From positions 160,001 to 224,000 of the forward strand of contig CAWBOS010000013.1 in the NCBI GenBank assembly GCA_963790475.1: a stretch of DNA of 64,000 bases. Direction: 5' to 3'. The notes under the pieces were generated by a model. The model saw only the letters and a list, made by a program, of their open reading frames with translations, was not told the origin of the DNA and did not search any database. The stretch is from an uncultured delta proteobacterium (GTDB lineage: Bacteria; Desulfobacterota; RBG-13-43-22). This document shows, piece by piece, positions 10,391-18,471 of the stretch; the stretch's first letter is position 1; every line of letters begins with the position of its first letter. The position numbers and the translations under genes are program-made.

Positions 10391-12045
10391 TGGTTAATGG
10401 AATGACTGATAATACTGAAAAGCAAACAAGTTTAATCTCCTTAAGCAAGTTAGAAATAGCAAAATATTCTCAAGGCTTAATTAAAAGGGGGATAGAGTTA
10501 ACTAAGGAGATAAATTTACAAGTCATAAAGAGCGCAAATGACTATTTTGACGTAGGGATAGGATGCTATGAAAAGAAAGATTTTGAGGGGGCTATTGCAA
10601 ATTTTACGAAATCGATTGCAATAGATGTTGATTTTTCTCAAGCCTACCTATATCGGGGGAAAGCTTTTTGTTATAGAACAAATAAAGAATGGAAAGCTGA
10701 ATACACAAATTTAATAGTCAAAGGAAGTTATGTTAAAGACGACAATGACCCTTTTGTTTTTAGTTCACGGCTAACTCACTTGGATACTTTCAATAATGTC
10801 TGTTTTTATTTACTCCAAGGGATTTGTTTTATGCAAGATATTTCCGGGGATGATAATGCACCTAATCGGCCTAATGGAGAAAAATTTGAAATATCCTCTG
10901 ATGATTTATTTTCTTATTTTGCAAAGCCAATAGTTCCTATGCGTGTTAAATCTGTCAATATTTTTTTGGCTTCTCCTGCAAAGATTGAAGGGAATTCTTT
11001 TGGTGAGATAAAAACGCCTGATACTCTTATCAAAATCAGATTGGGGCAGATAGATCGAAGACCATTCCGGTCTAAATATAGTTATAAGCCAAAAATGAAG
11101 GGATTATTTTGTTGTAGGATATTTGGGCCTATTAAGGACTATGAGTGTATTTGTGGCAAATACAATCTGATGAAGCACCGCGGAGTTGTCTGCGAAAAGT
11201 GTAGGGTTGAGGTCATTCAGTCCAAGGCCAGGCGACAGCGCATGGGACATATTAAGCTGACAATTCCAGTGGTCCACACTTGGTTTCTTAAATATCTCCC
11301 TTATCAAATTGACATACTTTTGGATATGCCAAGAGAGGAATTAGAAAAAATAATCTATTATAACTCATGGATTGTTCTTGACCCTCGTCAAACATCACTT
11401 AAGAGAAGAGAAGTGCTGGATAAAGAGGGATATAAACAGGTTATAAAGAATTATGGTTTTAATTCATGTGAAATGAGTTCGGGGGCTGAGGCAGTTAAAA
11501 GATTACTTGAAGAGTTAGATCTTAAAAAAACAACCGACCAAATACTATCAGACATTAATAAAACAAATTCAGAAATAAAAAAGACTTTTCTAAAGACAAG
11601 ATTGGAGACTATTAATTATTTCATTAGAACAGGAGTTAAACCGGAATGGATAATTCTTAACGTTTTGCCTATAATACCACCAGGTTATAGGCCGCTCTTC
11701 CCAGATAGTTTTGAAATAAGTCTCAATCATCATTACAAAGTTGTCATTAACCAGAATAATTATTTGAAGCGATTACTTGATCAAAATCTCCCTGAGGCAA
11801 TTATTACGATGGCGAAAAAAACCCTTCAGAGGTCTGTCGATGCTCTTTTTGAGAACGAGCAATTTGGAAAAGATCCAAGGGATTATGAACAAGCTATTTC
11901 TGATTTTGATACTTTTATGAGATTAGAACCCAACAGAGAAGAGCCGTATTTTTATCGAGGAGTATTTTTTTTAGAAAGAGGGAGGATTGATGAGGCGTTT
12001 AAAGATTTAAATCATATATCATCTTTTAGAAAGAAAGAAGATTGA
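10390..12045 (+). CDS. TPR protein with an inserted RNA polymerase beta' (RpoC) N-terminal/clamp domain
   Basis: TPR motifs at both ends. About 10900-11859 aligns by eye with RpoC residues ~1-310: LASP..I...SFGEIK.P, GLFC.RIFGP.KDYEC.CGKY...KHRGVVCEKC.VEV, RR.RMGHI.L, GAEAV, KPEW.IL.VLP..PP..RPL, NN.LKRLLD, LQ..VDAL. Confidence 0.9.
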   Translation: MVNGMTDNTEKQTSLISLSKLEIAKYSQGLIKRGIELTKEINLQVIKSANDYFDVGIGCYEKKDFEGAIANFTKSIAIDVDFSQAYLYRGKAFCYRTNKEWKAEYTNLIVKGSYVKDDNDPFVFSSRLTHLDTFNNVCFYLLQGICFMQDISGDDNAPNRPNGEKFEISSDDLFSYFAKPIVPMRVKSVNIFLASPAKIEGNSFGEIKTPDTLIKIRLGQIDRRPFRSKYSYKPKMKGLFCCRIFGPIKDYECICGKYNLMKHRGVVCEKCRVEVIQSKARRQRMGHIKLTIPVVHTWFLKYLPYQIDILLDMPREELEKIIYYNSWIVLDPRQTSLKRREVLDKEGYKQVIKNYGFNSCEMSSGAEAVKRLLEELDLKKTTDQILSDINKTNSEIKKTFLKTRLETINYFIRTGVKPEWIILNVLPIIPPGYRPLFPDSFEISLNHHYKVVINQNNYLKRLLDQNLPEAIITMAKKTLQRSVDALFENEQFGKDPRDYEQAISDFDTFMRLEPNREEPYFYRGVFFLERGRIDEAFKDLNHISSFRKKED

Positions 12046-12204
12046 TGAAGCGTTTGCGGATTTAAACATTTAACATCGCTAAAATAGAATTGGTTCAACA
12101 AGAAAAGTTTGGATTTGTTCAAAAAGTAAGCGACTATTTATTAAGTTTTTGGAAAAGAAACGGATTCAGTCAAGATATTGACCCGAGATTAAAAGGCAAG
12201 CAAA

Positions 12205-13053
12205 ATGGAGTTTGTAGATTGTCGTAAATGCGGGTTTAAAAATCCTCTTCCTATCTATGAGATGATATGCGGTAATTGCGGATATCGTCTTTACCTTGGT
12301 CGAAATGCTCAATATGTAGAAAGGGAACTTACGCAAGGTACGCCCACGTGGCATGATTGGCGAAGAGAAGGAATAGGTGCGTCGGAAGCGCCTACTGCTA
12401 TGGGCGTGTCTAAGTTTATGTCTATTGAGAAGTTGGTAAAGATTAAGACCGGAAAGACGCCCGAACCGCCTTCAAATAAATATATGAGTCGAGGGAAAGA
12501 ACTGGAGAAACCTGCAAGGGAATTGTATATCAAAAAGACAGGCATAACCGTTCATCCGTCATGTCTTGAATCGCTTGACCGGGGATGGATGAGAGCAAGC
12601 CTGGACGGATGGTCAAAAGAAAACCATCTCGTAGTCGAAATCAAGTGTCCGCAGGGAGAGAAAGACCACTCGCAAGCACTTAGGGGAAAAGTTCCAGAGC
12701 ATTACTATCCACAACTTCAACACATTCTTGCGGTAACTGGCTTTTCAGAGATTGACTATTGGAGCTTTCGGAAAGGTAAGGGAGTCCTCCTGAAAGTTAA
12801 GAGGGATGAGAATTATATCCAAAAACTTATTTCGACTGAAGTGAAGATATGGCATAGAATTACATCGGATAAAAATTTTAATAGTGGCAGCAAAGTTGTT
12901 TTAACCTGCCCAAATCCAAGTTGTTCAAAAGGGCTGAAGGTCTCAACTGGTGGAGATTTACCAAGGAGGGTATTTGTCTGTATGCACTGCGGGATTGAAT
13001 TTGAATTATATGAGAGTCCTTGGGGTATCAAGCCTCGTATCAAATCTAATTAG
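12205..13053 (+). CDS. YqaJ / lambda-exonuclease-family PD-(D/E)xK nuclease with N- and C-terminal Zn ribbons
   Basis: QGTPTWHDWRREGIGASEA, RGKELEKPAR, ASLDG...VEIKCP and YYPQLQH. Cys clusters CRKC..CGNC (N-terminal) and CPNPSC..CMHC (C-terminal). Confidence 0.85.
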   Translation: MEFVDCRKCGFKNPLPIYEMICGNCGYRLYLGRNAQYVERELTQGTPTWHDWRREGIGASEAPTAMGVSKFMSIEKLVKIKTGKTPEPPSNKYMSRGKELEKPARELYIKKTGITVHPSCLESLDRGWMRASLDGWSKENHLVVEIKCPQGEKDHSQALRGKVPEHYYPQLQHILAVTGFSEIDYWSFRKGKGVLLKVKRDENYIQKLISTEVKIWHRITSDKNFNSGSKVVLTCPNPSCSKGLKVSTGGDLPRRVFVCMHCGIEFELYESPWGIKPRIKSN

Positions 13054-13895
13054 TGTCCATCCGGAAGTGGACTTTCCCATATCATATAGATAGGGTTGGG
13101 GTATTGAGCGTGGATATGAAAATCCTGGATAATCTGAGCTACGTTCCGATTGGTAGATGCATATACTGCGGAGATACTGAAGACCTGCAGAAAGAACATA
13201 TCCTCCCATTCGGTTTAGGGGGCACTACCGTTTTGCCAGATTCAACATGTAGAGAGTGCGCGAAAATTACAGGGCAGGTGGAGCAGAAGGTCCTCCGCGG
13301 TCCAATGTGGGGTCTACGGATTTACCGAGGACTAAAGTCCAGAACAAAACATGAAGAGGCTCCTAAATGTTACCCCCTTAAAATCATAAAGAACGGAGCG
13401 GAACAGTTAGTTGAACTGTCTATCAATGAATTCCCCATAATGTTGCATTTTCCGATTTTTGAACCGCCTGCATATCTGAATCCAAATGCCTATAAAAAAG
13501 GCATCTTGGTGAGCGGTGTTGTTACCGTTTCTTTCGGGCCACGCCCCGAAGAAGTTGCTCGGACATTAGGTGCCAAATCTATCTCTATTAGCCAAGACCA
13601 GGAACCAGTTGCATTTGCCCGCATGATAGCCAAAATAGCGTATTCTTGGGCGGCAGCAGAGGGCAAACTTGATCTTTTGCGAGGCGCTTCTCCAGTTGTC
13701 TCAGCTATTTTGGGCAAGACAGACGATATCGGTCGCTGGGTTGGTACGGTTACTGATCACATACAGAAGCATAACGGTTTGCTGCACCGTATACTGATTC
13801 ATGAAGATGACGACAGGCACCTTCTAATCGGGGAGGTCCACCTGTTCAGTGACTCTGAAACGCCCAAATATGGAGTAATCCTTGGTGAAATCTAA
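13053..13895 (+). CDS. HNH endonuclease-like protein (alternative start ATG 13116)
   Basis: CIYCG...KEHILP..LGG.....CRECA is a zinc-bound HNH N-terminus. The GTG overlaps the upstream stop. Confidence 0.75.
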   Translation: MSIRKWTFPYHIDRVGVLSVDMKILDNLSYVPIGRCIYCGDTEDLQKEHILPFGLGGTTVLPDSTCRECAKITGQVEQKVLRGPMWGLRIYRGLKSRTKHEEAPKCYPLKIIKNGAEQLVELSINEFPIMLHFPIFEPPAYLNPNAYKKGILVSGVVTVSFGPRPEEVARTLGAKSISISQDQEPVAFARMIAKIAYSWAAAEGKLDLLRGASPVVSAILGKTDDIGRWVGTVTDHIQKHNGLLHRILIHEDDDRHLLIGEVHLFSDSETPKYGVILGEI

Positions 13896-13973
13896 GCCTA
13901 CCTACTTATCGCTTAAAGAGACAGTGCACTGGATCGCCGACAAATCCAGCTCTCGGTGACCTCAGCGTTATTT
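13896..13973 (+). other. Degenerate attC-like site after the HNH gene
   Basis: GCCTACC (R''-like) right after the stop, an internal CTGGAT...ATCCAG hairpin, and an end at CAGCGTTATTT (GTT core). Confidence 0.4.
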
Positions 13974-14048
13974 ACTAACTTTCATATCGTAAGTGTTGCC
14001 CTTTTTGCTTCGCAAAAGTAACCATTTGTAGGTGAACTTAGCATTTGA

Positions 14049-14360
14049 TTATTGGCAATGAGGCCGGTCCGGGTTCTTCCACCGGCCTCCCCAAACTCCT
14101 CCAACCGATTCCCAAAGGTGGCCCGCCTCATCATAATCAGGCCCGGCGCTCTGATTGGTATCGACCTTGATATCCCAAACGGGCTTTCCGTCCCAGGTGA
14201 TCGCAAAATCAAAGACCCGGGCTTTGTCGTTATCCGGATCATGGGCTCGATGTCAACGATATGCAACGACTTCAAGGTCCAGGTGATTATCCTGTTTTTG
14301 GGATCGTGGATGGGGGTTAGCCCAACCAGCCAGCGATAGGAACAGGCCACCCTGGTCGGA
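14049..14360 (-). pseudogene. M15-family peptidase (phage endolysin-like) relic
   Basis: Two frames join to give ...IITWTLKSLH...DKARVFDFAITWDGKPVWDIKVD...PDYDEAGHLWESVGGVWGGRWKNPDRPHCQ*. The SxH, D and WGG.W...D.PH motifs fit M15 endolysins. It is frameshifted and 5'-truncated. Confidence 0.65.
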
Positions 14361-14415
14361 CAATACCGTAATCTCTTCCCCCCCGGTTACTATTTTAGAT
14401 CTCATTCCTTTGTCT

Positions 14416-14456
14416 CATAAAACAAAACCCCCACCTCTCTTTGAGAAATGGGGGTT
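14416..14456 (-). terminator. Terminator-like hairpin; inverted copy of 480-526
   Basis: The minus strand reads AACCCCCA-TTTCTCAAAGAGAGG-TGGGGGTTTTGTTTTAT. Confidence 0.6.
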
Positions 14457-14575
14457 ATCATTCTTCCATGGATGCTCACATTCTGAAGGCTGCCGGTGTA
14501 ACGGTCAAGGGGAAAGCTATCTCTATCCCACATTCGTCGCGGTATGATTTTCGGAATAAAGTGTCAGAGTTTTTT

Positions 14576-15186
14576 TTAATTTCTCAACCTTTCCTGTTTT
14601 TTCCATTTATAGTATTTCTCGTTTGCCAACCGCAACATATCAAAGTCTCCAGGACTATCCCCATAGGCATATATGTTTTTAAAATTTTCCAGATTGAAAT
14701 ATTCTTTTATCCTCTTTATTTTTTCCGCACCGTAACAGTTTTTTCCTGCTATTCTTCCTGTAATTCTCGATTCAATCACCTCCAACTCTGTGGCAATCAA
14801 ACCAAAACCATATTTTTTACACCAATGCTTTAAATAATCTTCGATTGAAGCTGAGACAATCACAATTTCATGTCCGGCGGCTTTATGAAACTGTAATCGT
14901 TCTATGGCTACCTTTCTTATTAAATTGGGCAATTTTTTATTAGAGAAGTGGATAGCCTGTTCCTCGAATAATTTTTTTTCCCATCCACCAAAATAATATC
15001 TGAGAACAGCCTCTTTAGCCTTCCAGTTTGGCAATACTTTGAGTTTATAGGCGATAACAATTGGGCTTAATAATAAAGAACCCATTAAAACCTAGGGTAG
15101 CCAACGGCAAACAGTATAAAATCAATGAAGCTGTCACGATAAGTGATTGTGCCGTCAAAGTCAAAAAGAACAAGCGTGTTTTTCAT
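14576..15186 (-). CDS. HAD-IB family hydrolase, frameshifted in a T run near 15088
   Basis: The N-terminus MKNTLVLFDFDGTIT (motif I) from 15186 stops after ...GYPRF*. It continues in the 14576-15085 frame with IVSAS, NCYGAEK and AYGDSPGD. Confidence 0.8.
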
Positions 15187-15539
15187 GGTTTTTGGAAACG
15201 GATCATTTTATATATGATTTGTCATTGAAAAAATTTGATATTAATTTTCTCGAAATTTCCTATTCTTTAATTAGAAAAAAGCCAATGAATTTAATAAACA
15301 GAAAGCATTTGCACCGAATTTTTTACCCTTGTGTGTGTGAAGCGAAAGGAGTCCCATTCCCTATTGACACCCCCCCTCACTTTTGGTCCCCCCCTACCCA
15401 CTGTGCTTTAACTGTGCAGTTGCCATTAATAACCAGCATGAAATGACATCACGTCTCAAAGGCTTTTCTTCCGCCATTTATCTTGAATTTATTGTAATTA
15501 TGAGTTATGATGAAATAAAAAGTGGGATATGGAAAATAC

Positions 15540-15584
15540 TTCGTAATCAGCAGGCCGCGGGTTCAAATCCCATCGCCGGCTCCA
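15540..15584 (+). other. 3' half of tRNA-Thr(CGT); probable integrative-element attachment site
   Basis: TTCGTAATCAGCAGGCCGCGGGTTCAAATCCCATCGCCGGCTCCA contains the anticodon loop, T-loop GGTTCAAATCC and CCA. There is no D-arm or 5' acceptor strand upstream. Confidence 0.75.
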
Positions 15585-15646
15585 CTTCAAATCAACTGGT
15601 TACGAATGAGTTGATCTATGGCCGCGTCGTGATCGGATGATCTGGG

Positions 15647-15764
15647 CAGGTCTCCATAAATATCCGATGTGCCCTCTAACTACTATCACCCAATTGCTCC
15701 TGCATGTACTTGGGATTCTGACCGGCCTCAATTTTCAGCTGGGGTTGGTATGCTTGAGATCGTG
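15647..15764 (-). pseudogene. Tyrosine integrase C-terminal relic
   Basis: HDLKHT / LKIEAGQNPKYMQEQLGDSS / DIYGDL across frameshifts matches HDLRHT...QLGHSS...DIYGHL. It sits next to the tRNA fragment. Confidence 0.65.
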
Positions 15765-16065
15765 AGATCTGTTTTTGGCAACTTTCGCCCGGCTCAAAGC
15801 CGGATAAAAAATCCTTTTCAGCATATAGGGTTGAAGATGGAAGCAGATAGGTAAACGCGGAAAAATAAAGTTTTAAGTAGTGGCATGTGGTTCTTTTCTC
15901 AAACGTCATTTTAAAATTTGGACGATTCTGGCTGATTTCTAATGAGAATCATTGGCAAAACATCCTAACAAGAATTCATATCCTATAATGTCCAAATACA
16001 CTTAACAAAACGGTATGGGTCCTCCTGGATTTTATCAGTGATTCCGCTTGAGGGGAAACCGTTGA

Positions 16066-16770
16066 GAGATGCCTCTACATAGCGGCGGAGCTTCTTCTTG
16101 GCCCGTTTGGTATCGAACTCCGGGTCACCCTCAATTTTCTTAATCAGCTTATAATAGCTTTCCACAGGCGCATAAGTTTCGAGAACGTCCAGAATAAATT
16201 TTTCCTGAATAGCCTGTTTCATGGTGTAACTGTGAAGAGGGCGGTGTTTGATTTTACCGCCCAGTTCATAACCCTCGCCGAAAATTTCAAGGGTCTTATT
16301 CTTTGGCGTGGCCGTAAAGGCAAAATAACTCGCATTAGACAGGAGCTTCCGGGCCTCCATGATGCGGTTGATTTTATCCTCTGTGGTTTAACCATCTTCT
16401 TCTGCCCCGGTTGTGGATAGTGCTGCGCTTACCGCCGCTGAGGTTTTGCCGCCCTGACTCGAATGGGCCTCATCGATGATGATAGCAAAGTTGTTCCCCC
16501 GTTGCTCGTTCCCGATTTCGTCGAGGATATAAGGGAACTTTTGGACCGTGGAGATAATGATTTTCTTGCCGCTTTTAATAAACCTGCGCAAATCTCCCGA
16601 ATGCTCGGCATGTCCAACCGTCGCCCCCACCTGGGCGAACTGCTTGATGGTATCACCGATCTGTTTGTCGAGGATCCGCCGGTCCGTAACGACGATGATC
16701 GAATCAAAGACGACCTTATCGTTTATAGTAAGGCCGATGAGCTGATGGGCGAGCCAGGCGATGGAACAAC
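16066..16770 (-). pseudogene. hsdR: Internal fragment of Type I restriction subunit R
   Basis: SIAWLAHQL, VVTDRRILDKQ, STVQKFP, IIDEAHSSQ, FAFTATPK and YTMKQAIQEKFILDVL. There is an in-frame TAA at 16388-16390, and both ends are missing. Confidence 0.85.
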
Positions 16771-16907
16771 TCCGGGCTGTGGCTTTTATCACCGGGCAAA
16801 CTCTTCGAGCAGTTGATAGCTCTTTCCAGATAACCTGTCTGGTGTCATCTTCTGCTACGGGACCGTGTTGAAATAAATCAGACATATTACAAAAGTCTCT
16901 GTCATTT

Positions 16908-17510
16908 TTACCGATCGTAGCCGGAACAAGGGATGCAGACATGTTTTTCGCCCAGAACCCGGAGATAGGCCTTGGCCGTCAGCTCCCCGCAAACGGCGCA
17001 GGGGGTGAACCCCATTATTTCGGGAAACCAATCACCTTCGTATTGTTTGACTTCACCGATGGTAAGGACATCAGACTCCGGGGCATCCCAGACGAGATTT
17101 ACCAGCTCTTCCTGCTCTTCAAGGGGAATGTCGTCGGGCATGATGCCCATCCCCCGTTTACGCATAAAGGCCGATTCGCCAATCTGTTTTTGCAACGTGG
17201 GTTTATAGCTGACCCGTACAGAGCGGTTGGTAGCCTTGTCAATGAGGGTGAAAGCAAGCTTGCCAAGGGGTTTTTTGTTGATGTTGCCCTTGCCGAAAGT
17301 GCAACCGGTGGCATACTGGACACCGTCGCCAAAGCACATCCCGCCATGGTCCTCCCCGATCTCTACGATACCGAAAAGCTGTGTGCCGCCGGAGCGCTTC
17401 ACGCCCAACGTCCGCAAAGCCGCCAGCCCGACACGCACACCCGCTACGCTGGCCCAGCACTTATGTCCGTGAAATTTCAATGCGTCCATCAAGATTACTT
17501 TGTCATCCAT
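16908..17510 (-). CDS. FmdE/FwdE family metal-binding protein
   Basis: FHGHKC, CFGDGVQ..TGCTFGKGN and a C-terminal CxxC...CxxC zinc finger. Confidence 0.85.
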   Translation of the reverse strand: MDDKVILMDALKFHGHKCWASVAGVRVGLAALRTLGVKRSGGTQLFGIVEIGEDHGGMCFGDGVQYATGCTFGKGNINKKPLGKLAFTLIDKATNRSVRVSYKPTLQKQIGESAFMRKRGMGIMPDDIPLEEQEELVNLVWDAPESDVLTIGEVKQYEGDWFPEIMGFTPCAVCGELTAKAYLRVLGEKHVCIPCSGYDR

Positions 17511-17613
17511 AGTTTCCTCCCTTCAAATTTATTTATCTGAAAAATGAAAATTATTAATCCGCTCTTTAAAAAATGACCCTCCAGTGTCCATGGCCGTCGC
17601 TCCTTTTAGTCCA

Positions 17614-18381
17614 TTAGAAAACGTGCAAGAGTTTAAGGGCGATCTGGGTTGCGAAAAACCACATGATGAATGAGAAGGCCACCTTGACGAAGGTCGGGCT
17701 CGCCTTCACGGTGACGTGTGAACCCACGGCCGAACCGATAATGCAGGCCACGGTAGCCGCCGCCAGGAAGCGATAATCCACCTGACCTAAGGCGAAGTGG
17801 CCGATGGTTCCGACGAAGGAACTCACGGTCACGATAAGGGAGTTGGCCCCGGCCGCCATCTGCGCCCTATACTTCATGTAAAGCACAAGAAAGGGGAAAA
17901 TGATGAGCCCGCCGCCCACGCCAATGAGGCTCGAGAGGATGCCTACCCCAAAAGAAAAGGCGGTGATCAGTACGATCATCGCCGTGGTCATTTTCCTCAC
18001 CGTTTGGCCGGCCTTTTCCTTGGCGGAGAAGATCATGAGAAGGCCCACACCGTACAGGAAAACGGAGAATATCCCGAGCAGGAGGTTTCTGGGGGCCATG
18101 CTGGAGAGCACCGCCCCTATAAATGAGCCCACGATCGTCCCCGGAAGAAAGACAAGGCAGAAACGGTAGTCCACCAGCTTATTCCGCTGGAAAACAATGG
18201 TTGCCACCAGCGCCGTCACCAAGTTGAGGAAGATGGCGGTGGAGATAGCGGGCTCTACCGCCATGCCAAGCATCACCAGCACGGGAGTATAAAGTGAACC
18301 TCCTCCCTTGCCAAACATGGAAAAGACGGACGAGATCACTAAGATGGTTACGAAGCCAATAAACAGAAACGAGGTACTCAT
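17614..18381 (-). CDS. TauE/SafE family sulfite exporter
   Basis: About 8 TM helices with the repeated G.GGG...P motif (FGKGGGSLYTP; IGVGGGLIIFP). Confidence 0.85.
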   Translation of the reverse strand: MSTSFLFIGFVTILVISSVFSMFGKGGGSLYTPVLVMLGMAVEPAISTAIFLNLVTALVATIVFQRNKLVDYRFCLVFLPGTIVGSFIGAVLSSMAPRNLLLGIFSVFLYGVGLLMIFSAKEKAGQTVRKMTTAMIVLITAFSFGVGILSSLIGVGGGLIIFPFLVLYMKYRAQMAAGANSLIVTVSSFVGTIGHFALGQVDYRFLAAATVACIIGSAVGSHVTVKASPTFVKVAFSFIMWFFATQIALKLLHVF

Positions 18382-18471
18382 TTTCCTCCTCCTTAAATGA
18401 CGCAGGGCGTAAAGCCCCGCGCCCGAAAATCTATTGACCTGGATTTTACTTTAAAATCAGATCAACTCGCT

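Noticed and set aside
10900-11859. Calling this the cell's rpoC or a simple rpoC pseudogene
   Set aside because: It covers only about 310 of ~1400 residues, lacks NADFDGD, has no rpoB/rpl context, and is an uninterrupted in-frame insert within a TPR.
13982-14350. 122-aa ORF as a real gene
   Set aside because: It is a chimera of frames from the decayed M15 peptidase.
15540-15584. Functional tRNA gene
   Set aside because: The 5' half (acceptor strand, D-arm, 5' anticodon stem) is absent.
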